Shown: piece after piece, positions 47,601 to 64,000 of the stretch
Layout: each line of letters begins with the position of its first letter
Position numbering within the stretch: position 1 is the first letter of the stretch
Assembly (NCBI GenBank): GCA_002269645.1
Contig: NIVC01000127.1
Location: 1-64,000 of the forward strand
Direction of reading: 5' to 3'
DNA: 64,000 nucleotides
DNA from: Macrostomum lignano
Lineage: Eukaryota
Position numbers and translations under genes: made by a program
Notes under the pieces: model-generated
The model's input: the letters and a program-made list of their open reading frames with translations, nothing else
Database searches by the model: none
What the model was told of the DNA's origin: nothing

Positions 47601-50600
47601 CTGGCAGTTTTACCCAATAGACTGGCAGTTTTATCCAATAGACTGGCAGTTTTACCCGATAGACTGGCAGTTTTACCCAATGGACTGGCAGTTTTACCCA
47701 ATAGACTGGCAGTTTTACCCAATAGACTGGCAGTTTTACCCAATAGACTGGCAGTTTTACCCAATAGACTGGCAGTTTTACCCAATAGACTGGCAGTTTT
47801 ACCCAATAGACTGGCAGTTTTACCCAATAGACTGGCAGTTTTACCCAATAGACTGGCAGTTTTACCCAATAGACTGGCAGTTTTACCCAATGGACTGGCA
47901 GTTTTATCCAATAGACTGGCAGTTTTACCCAATGGACTGGCAGTTTTATCCAATAGACTGGCAGTTTTACCCGATAGACTGGCAGTTTTACCCAATAGAC
48001 TGGCAGTTTTACCCAATGGACTGGCAGTTTTACCCAATAGACTGGCAGTTTTACCCAATAGACTGGCAGTTTTACCCAATAGACTGGCAGTTTTACCCAA
48101 TAGACTGGCAGTTTTACCCAATAGACTGGCAGTTTTACCCAATAGACTGGCAGTTTTACCCAATAGACTGGCAGTTTTATCCAATAGACTGGCAGTTTTA
48201 CCCAATGGACTGGCAGTTTTACCCAATAGACTGGCAGTTTTACCCAATAAACTGGCAGTTTTACCCAATAGACTGGCAGTTTTACCCAATAGACTGGCAG
48301 TTTTACCCAATAGACTGGCAGTTTTACCCAATAAACTGGCAGTTTTACCCAATAGACTGGCAGTTTTATCCAATAGACTGGCAGTTTTACCCAATGGACT
48401 GGCAGTTTTACCCAATAGACTGGCAGTTTTACCCAATAAACTGGCAGTTTTACCCAATAGACTGGCAGTTTTACCTAATAGACTGGCAGTTTTACCCAAT
48501 AGACTGGCAGTTTTACCCAATAGACTGGCAGTTTTACCCAATAAACTGGCAGTTTTACCCAATAGACTGGCAGTTTTACCTAATAGACTGGCAGTTTTAC
48601 CCAATAGACTGGCAGTTTTACCCAATGGACTGGCAGTTTTACCCGATAGACTGGCAGTTTTACCCAATAGACTGGCAGTTTTACCCAATAAACTGGCAGT
48701 TTTACCCAATAAACTGGCAGTTTTACCCAATAGACTGGCAGTTTTACCTAATAGACTGGCAGTTTTACCCAATAGACTGGCAGTTTTACCCAATAGACTG
48801 GCAGTTTTACCCGATAGACTGGCAGTTTTACCCAATAGACTGGCAGTTTTACCCAATAAACTGGCAGTTTTACCCAATAGACTGGCAGTTTTACCCAATA
48901 GACTGGCAGTTTTACCCAATAGACTGGCAGTTTTACCCGATAGACTGGCAGTTTTACCCAATAGACTGGCAGTTTTACCCAATAAACTGGCAGTTTTACC
49001 CAATAAACTGGCAGTTTTACCCAATAGACTGGCAGTTTTACCTAATAGACTGGCAGTTTTACCCAATAGACTGGCAGTTTTACCTAATAGACTGGCAGTT
49101 TTACCCAATAGACTGGCAGTTTTACCCAATAGACTGGCAGTTTTACCCAATAGACTGGCAGTTTTACCCAATAGACTGGCAGTTTTACCCGATAGACTGG
49201 CAGTTTTACCCAATAGACTGGCAGTTTTACCCAATAAACTGGCAGTTTTACCCAATAAACTGGCAGTTTTACCCAATAGACTGGCAGTTTTACCCAATAG
49301 ACTGGCAGTTTTATCCAATAGACTGGCAGTTTTACCCAATAGACTGGCAGTTTTACCCAATAGACTGGCAGTTTTACCCAATAGACTGGCAGTTTTACCC
49401 AATAGACTGGCAGTTTTACCCAATAGACTGGCAGTTTTACCCAATAGACTGGCAGTTTTACCCAATAGACTGGCAGTTTTATCCAATAGACTGGCAGTTT
49501 TACCCAATGGACTGGCAGTTTTACCCAATGGACTGGCAGTTTTACCCAATAGACTGGCAGTTTTACCCAATAAACTGGTAGTTTTACCCAATAAACTGGC
49601 AGTTTTACCCAATAGACTGGCAGTTTTACCCAATAGACTGGCAGTTTTACCCAATAGACTGGCAGTTTTACCCAATAGACTGGCAGTTTTACCGAATAGA
49701 CTGGCAGTTTTACCCAGATGAACTGATGAACTTTTGAGTATTTGGCAAAACTTGCCACTTCTGACTTACTCTATTGATTTTCGCTGGCCCTGAGCCTAAC
49801 CTGTACTGGCCTGCTCAATTTTGTACACTCCACCCACCATCCCATTCATTGTTGCTTGAGGCGCTCTCACACTCTCACAAGCCATAAATTTTTCACAGCA
49901 TCCACCACCCTCTCCGGTGTTGAGAATGCGACAGCACTTCATCTGTGAATGCCCCGCCTTTCCTCAGGACAGGCTCACCTACCTCCGCCCAAACCCGGAC
50001 CTCTCCAACGTTTTCAGGCCACCTCGTCCGCTACCTGAGGGCTACCGGGCGAGCGACCACCCACCTCCTTGACTCTCCGGAAGGGGGCCCGCGCTGTGGA
50101 CACCGGCACCACTGGATCACCCTTCGCGGCACCGCAACCACAAGCTCTGTGGTCGCCAGGGGTTAGCGGAATTGGTGACAACGCCTTCCCGCTGTATCCG
50201 GATGCCCGAAGCCCCCTGCAGCTGAGTCAAGTAAGTCACCAGCTCACAGCACCCACCACCCCACAGAACCCCTCACCCCACAGCACCCATCACCCCACAG
50301 CACCCACCACCCCACAGCACCCATCACCCCACAGCACCCACCACCCCACAGCACCCACCACCCACAGCACCCATCACCCCACAGCACCCACCACCCCACA
50401 GCACCCACCATCCAACAGCACCCACCACCCTACAGCACCCACCACCCAACAGCACCCACCACCCCACAGCACCCACCACCCCACAGCACCCATCACCCCA
50501 CAGCACCCACCGCCATACATAGGAGCCACAACGCCACAGAACCCCAACCACCCCAAAGCACCCACCACTCATAGCACCGACACAACCGTCACATAACACA

Positions 50601-51958
50601 CAGCACCCACCACTTACCGCCATATTTGTACAATATAAGATAGCGAATGGCGTCGGATCGTTGAATTTTGTGCGGGAAAGATTCAAACACTTTCATATGG
50701 GAGGAAAAGTGCTTCTGCATGAAGGCTTTAATAGCTTGGTCAGTCCACAGCACCACCTGCCAGTCGGGGTTCTTGGTCACGCAGGTCTGCAGCGCCTCTC
50801 TGTAAGGCGCTAAAACATTGGCATCGCGATAGACAAAATGAATTATTTTTGGCACTCCGGCGGGGGTCCGCGGTATCTTAGTTTCCGCCGCTGGCTTTGA
50901 TATCAGTACCAGCGTCGTAACGTTGTATCTGGTAGCGTTGCCGCCACCTCGGCCGCCGTCTTGACCCGCCTTATCAGCATTGATCAGTCTGTTCTCAAAG
51001 AGTCGATACGAATTGCCAAATGATGTTGCGCTGAATTTGTTGCTGACAAAGACCAGGCCAATTAGTGTGAGCACCGATAGAGTTGTTAGGATCTGTCAGG
51101 GGTTAAAATTTGGCACGAATTAATTTGTGGCTGAATGACATTCTGACACTCACTATGGCCTTCTGACACTCACTATGGCCTTCTGACACTCACTATGGCC
51201 TTCTGACACTCACTATGGCCTTTTGACACACACTCTGACCTTCTGGCACTTAATCAACCTTCTGACACTCACTCTGACACCTTCTGACACTCACTCTGAC
51301 ACCTTTTGACACTCACTCTGACCTTCTGACACTCACTCTGACCTTCTGACACTCACTATGGCCTTCTGACACTCACTATGGCCTTCTGACACTCACTATG
51401 GCCTTTTGACACACACTCTGACCTTCTGGCACTTAATCAACCTTCTGACACTCACTCTGACACCTTCTGACACTCACTCTGACACCTTTTGACACTCACT
51501 CTGACCTTCTGACACTCACTCTGACCTTCTGACACTCACTCTGACCCTCTGACACTTACTCCAAGCTTCTGACTCTCACTCAACTTTCTGACACTTACTC
51601 AACCTTCTGACAGTCACTTTGGCCTTCTGACACTCACTCTGACCCTCTGAAACTTACTCAACCTTCTGACAATTACTCTGGCCTTTTGACACTCAATCTG
51701 ACCTTCTGACACTTAATCAACCTTCTGACACTCACTCTGACACCTTCTGACACTTATTCTGACCTTCTGACACTCACTCTGGCCTTCTGACGACACTCAC
51801 TCTGACCTCCCGACACTCACTCTGACCTCCTGACACTCACTCTGACCTTCTGACACTTCATTGTTTACTATAACTCGCATCTTTGCTGATTTCTAACCAA
51901 ACAAGATCGTACAAGTGCAGAATGTAGAGGGAAAATAAAACTTTACCTTTCTCTTCAT
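44604..51958 (-). CDS. Type II membrane DXD glycosyltransferase (GT32/OCH1-SUR1-like); exons 51958-51947, 51092-50618, 47292-46824 (with an unresolved small internal intron), about 44842-44604
   Basis: MKRK|[17 protein letters not shown] anchor; [36 protein letters not shown]|GLYMDLD (DXD), [32 protein letters not shown]. Confidence 0.85.
44881..46756. repeat. 39-40-bp minisatellite GCTAGATTAGCAATCCATTCTATTCCTTTATCCATGTAG filling the last glycosyltransferase intron
   Basis: About 47 units with a constant core and a variable 6-8-nt segment. Confidence 0.95.
47445..49716. repeat. 21-bp minisatellite GACTGGCAGTTTTACCCAATA (about 108 units) in a glycosyltransferase intron
   Basis: Very homogeneous array; produces the 700-780 aa spurious ORFs. 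Confidence 0.97.
50245..50612. repeat. About 17-bp C-rich minisatellite CACAGCACCCACCACCC
   Basis: Degenerate tandem units abutting the donor at 50617. Confidence 0.85.
51138..51860. repeat. About 21-bp minisatellite CCTTCTGACACTCACTCTGA in glycosyltransferase intron 1
   Basis: About 34 degenerate units. Confidence 0.9.
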
Positions 51959-52309
51959 CTGACAGATGCACAGGTTTTTTGTTAACCCTATCTTGTTGAG
52001 CTGAAGAATTATTATTGATCGCTCGCTTTGTTCAGTCTGATGCTGCTGCTTCACAGAGAGGGGGCAAAGCAGTTTCTCATTTTATCTAGATATGCAAACT
52101 GCTGCCTGTTTGTCGTCTGGGGGAGGAAGGGGTGGCCCGCATTGCCTGCCTGCCTTAAGCCTGCACGCGATTGTTTGGACAGGGGCTTGGAAACTAAGCC
52201 AGCCCAGTTCTACACCTCACTCCAAGCCAGCCCGGCCAAGGACATCTAGGACTGCATCTGGATTGGAAGCTGTTACGGTGGACCCTGCCTAAAACTAAAG
52301 AAAGTTTGC

Positions 52310-52750
52310 CTGTACTGAATTGTCTGATCTGAATGAGAGTTTGCCTGTACTGAAGTCTGATCTGAATGAGAGTTTGCCTGTACTGAAGTCTGCTCTGAAT
52401 GAGAGTTTGCCTGTACTGAAGTCTGATCTGAATGAGAGTTTGTCTGTACTGAAGTCTGATCTGAATGAGAGTTTGCCTGTACTGAAGTCTGATCTGAATG
52501 AGAGTTTGCCTGTACTGAAGTCTGATCTGAATGAGAGTTTGCCTGTACTGAAGTCTGATCTGAATGAGAGTTTGCCTGTACTGAAGTCTGATCTGAATGA
52601 GAGTTTGCCTGTACTGAAGTCTGATCTGAATGAGAGTTTGCCTGTACTGAAGTCTGATCTGAATGAGAGTTTGCCTGTACTGAAGTCTGATCTGAATGAG
52701 AGTTTGCCTGTACTGAAGTCTGATCTGAATGAGAGTTTGCCTGTACTGAA
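52310..52750. repeat. 33-bp minisatellite CTGTACTGAAGTCTGATCTGAATGAGAGTTTGC
   Basis: About 13 near-identical units. Confidence 0.95.
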
Positions 52751-54471
52751 TCTATAAAGACCCTATTATTATCATCAATTAGTCCATCGGCCAGCATGCT
52801 CAATCCAGAGTTAAGCTTCCAGACCGCCTTGGCTGTATGCTTTGCCGCCCGCCCCCTCTCTCTCTCTCTCTCTGTGCCCCTCGCCGTGCTCAATGCTGAA
52901 CTACAATGCGCTAGCCCACCCCTACTCACTGAGCTGTGTCCATAGGGAGAGAATGGAAGGAGGGTTGAGGCGGGAGAGAAGGGAAGATTTAGGGGGAAGG
53001 AGAGAAATGAGGTGGAGCTGTCTGCATGCGAGGAGAGGCCTGTGCAGAAAATTCACTCATCGGCTGCTCAGTAGCCTTCAGCTGCGAAGCAGCTGTTTCC
53101 GCAATCGGTTTGAATTAAAAGCAAAACGTAAAGTTTCAAGGAGGGAAAAAGGCAGTTTCATGATTGTCATGCACGAGTTTTAAGCAGTCGGTGATCGTTG
53201 GCTCGTTGGATACTCGTTGGATCGTTGGATCGTTAGATACTCGTTGGCTGCAGATGCACCCAGAGGTCTAGTTGACCGTCCTCTTGTCTTCTGGCCTGCG
53301 TTGGCGCGCTGTAGCGCTGGAGAACCGTCGACGACTCAAACTATTGTCCTGCAACAGTACAAGTAACTTGAGCTCCTTTTCCAAAATGATGTTCCCATGA
53401 TTCGCGTACTCTACCAGAAATGGATGAACTGCTAAAAGAGCATTCTCATTCTCTTGTGCTTTGTATCTCAGGACGAGATTAAAGGAAAACGCGTTTATGA
53501 GGTGGAATTTTCGAGATCCTGGTATTTGTCTTCCTAACAAGTCAATCATCGTTAGGAGTACCGTCCTACCCCTGGATCCCAGGAGCCGAGTTGCTTCCAA
53601 CTTCCAAGAGAGTGTCGTCAATGTTGGCAAGGCTATGAAAGGCGTGATTACTGAGGAGATGTCGCTGATGTTGCAACGGAGGCGCGCATGCTGAAGCGAG
53701 TGGATCATCAAATTTGTACTCAATGTTGACAGCAGCATCGTAAAATTCTGGCTTCAAGTGAGAGCTTTGGATTAACTGGCTCTTGCATCAATTTGCTTGC
53801 CGCGTTGTAAGAGCGTCAGGTATGCCAGAGCGTCTCCTCAAGCTGTTGACCTCAAATCTGTTCGAGTTCTGGTTCAGTACGACAAGCAAGAGCCAGCTGT
53901 GTATTAGTACACTGCACTAGTTCTTTTCGAATAAAAGCCTCTTAATGTCAAATGGAGGTATCTTCAGTGAAAATGGAAACACTCATCATGGAAACGTGGA
54001 TAAAGTTTCGGTGCAAAGCATGTATCAATTTCGAAAAGCGAAAAGCTATTTCGTTGCATTAAAACAAAATACGCCGCACCGACTAGGAACAAAAAGGACA
54101 GTCTTGGGTGCGCAATTTTTCTATCACTTGACGCGACTCGAGGGAGGGGTGTTTAAAGGCAATTTCGCATTCATGGAAAGATAATTTCAACTACTAAATA
54201 TTTTTACGAATGTGGCTGGCTGGCCCTAACTCTGCTGTATTTTGCTTTTTTTTCTATTGCTTGTACTCTAGATATTACAACACTTTTTTAATCAATCGCA
54301 ATTCAAACACAGCAATTTTGCTTCAAATACTCGTTGCATCATGATGCTGATAATTATTATATTAAGCTCGCTCTGTATTTTCAGGTAATTTTCAGGTTAA
54401 TTACGCTCGTATTTTGTTGGTTGGAGTTACGGTGGGCTGAGAAGGCTTTTGACTGTGCAGATGAAGGTCAT

Positions 54472-54870
54472 TGGGCAATAGGGTGGCGGGGCAATGGGGT
54501 GGTGGGGCAATGGGGTGGTGGGGCAATGGGGTGGTGGGGCAATGGGGTGGTGGGGCAATGGGGTGGTGGGGCAATGGGGTGGTGGGCAATGGGGTGGTGG
54601 GGCAATAGGGTGGCGGGGCAATGGGGTGGTGGGGCAATGGGGTGGTGGGGCAATGGGGTGGTGGGGCAATGGGGTGGCGGGGCAATGGGGTGGTGGGCAA
54701 TGGGTGGTGGGCAATGGGGTGGTGGGGCAATGGGGTGGTGGGGCAATGGGGTGGTGGAACAATGGGGTGGTGGGGCAATGGGTAGTGGGGGAATATGGTG
54801 GTGGTACATGCGTCGTTGGGTGTCGGTGAAACGGGGTGACGAGCCAATGGGTGTTGGGGCAATGGGGTGG
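54472..54870. repeat. G-rich minisatellite GGGGCAATGGGGTGGT
   Basis: About 22 units of G4/G3 runs with short loops. Confidence 0.9.
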
Positions 54871-55006
54871 TGCAACTACAAGCGTAAGCATCGAACAGCT
54901 GTAAATTAATGTTTTTCCCGTTTCCGAAAAATCACTCCGACGGCATCCACCGTTGAGATTCTTGACGCGCTAACATATATAGACAGCAAGAAGTCAGTCT
55001 TGCAGG

Positions 55007-62933
<7,927 letters not shown>

Positions 62934-62984
62934 CTCTCGGATTCCAGCATCAGCAGAGCCTTCACTACTTCACTCTGTCCTGCA

Positions 62985-64000
62985 CTCTCCCATCTCCCTC
63001 TCTCCCAACCCCCTCTCTCCCATCTCCCTCTCTCCCGTCTCCCTCTCTCCCGTCTCCCTCTCTCTCCCATCTCCCTCTCTCCTATCTCCCTCTCTCCCAT
63101 CTCCCTCTCTTCCATCTCCCTCTCTCCCATCTCCCTCTCTCCCATCTCCCTCTCTCCCATCTCCCTCTCTTCCATCTCCCTCTCTTCCATCTCCCTCTCT
63201 CCCATCTCCCTCTCTCCCATCTCCCTCTCTCCCATCTCCCTCTCTCCCATCTCCCTCTCTCCCATCTCCCTCTCTCCCATCTCCCTCTCTCCCATCTCCC
63301 TCTCTCCCATCTCCCTCTCTCCCATCTCCCTCTCTCCCATCTCCCTCTCTCCCATCTCCCTCTCTCCCATCTCCCTCTCTCCTGTCTCCCTCTCTCCCGT
63401 CTCCCTCTCTCTTATCTCCCTCTCTCCCATCTCCCTCTCTCCCATCTCCCTCTCTCCCATCTCCCTCTCTCCCATCTCCCTCTCTCCCATCTCCCTCTCT
63501 CCCATCTCCCTCTCTCCCATCTCCCTCTCTCCCATCTCCCTCTCTCCCATCTCCCTCTCTCCCATCTCCCTCTCTCCCATCTCCCTCTCTCCCATCTCCC
63601 TCTCTCCCATCTCCCTCTCTCCCATCTCCCTCTCTCCCATCTCCCTCTCTCCCATCTCCCTCTCTCCCATCTCCCTCTCTCCCATCTCCCTCTCTCCCCT
63701 CTCCCTCTCTCTCATCTCCCTCTCTCTCATCTCCCTCTCTCCCATCTTCCTCTTTCCCATCTCCCTCTCTCCCATCTCCCTCTCTCCCATCTCCCTCTCT
63801 CCCATCTCCCTCTCTCCCATCTCCCTCTCTCCCGTCTCCCTCTCTCCCGTCTCCCTCTCTCTCCCATCTCCCTCTCTCCTATCTCCCTCTCTCCCATCTC
63901 CCTCTCTCCCATCTCCCTCTCTCCCCTCTCCCTCTCTCCCATCTCCCTCTCTCCCATCTCCCTCTCTCCCATCTCCCTCTCTCCCAACTCCCTCTCTCCC
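62985..64000. repeat. 15-bp CT-rich minisatellite CTCCCTCTCTCCCAT (runs off the window)
   Basis: More than 60 units; source of the MGERE ORF. Confidence 0.95.

Noticed and set aside
47367-49721. 700-780 aa repetitive ORFs (LAVLPNR, GKTASLL, WQFYPID)
   Set aside because: Stop-free frames of a 21-bp intronic minisatellite, open on both strands.
53268-53880. 156-aa minus-strand ORF with a faint LRR-like stretch
   Set aside because: No convincing motif or splice partners; could be a decayed TE or gene fragment but cannot be supported.

Overview
Eukaryotic (invertebrate metazoan) genomic DNA, not prokaryotic. GC-rich spliced coding exons, introns filled with minisatellites and many small MITEs are most consistent with a free-living flatworm such as Macrostomum; this is an inference. 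Eight spliced genes were reconstructed by hand from GT-AG junctions: eIF2-gamma (one-base frameshift in exon 1), an 8-Cys insulin-like prepropeptide with an intron-split start codon, LETM1, a DEG/ENaC channel, an orphan 12-Cys secreted protein, a PLAC8/cornifelin protein, a GT32-type DXD glycosyltransferase, and an ADAM/ADAMTS-like (M12B) metalloprotease carrying three ShKT domains and an Asp in place of the third zinc-binding His. Also present: a Ty3/gypsy LTR remnant, a Crypton-like remnant, nested hAT-type MITEs inside CpG-depleted AT-rich domains, and more than 25 tandem-repeat arrays. Most long ORFs in the supplied track are read-through of these repeats. There is no CRISPR array and no recognisable rRNA or tRNA gene. 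Gene and MITE coordinates were counted by eye; repeat-array boundaries are approximate.
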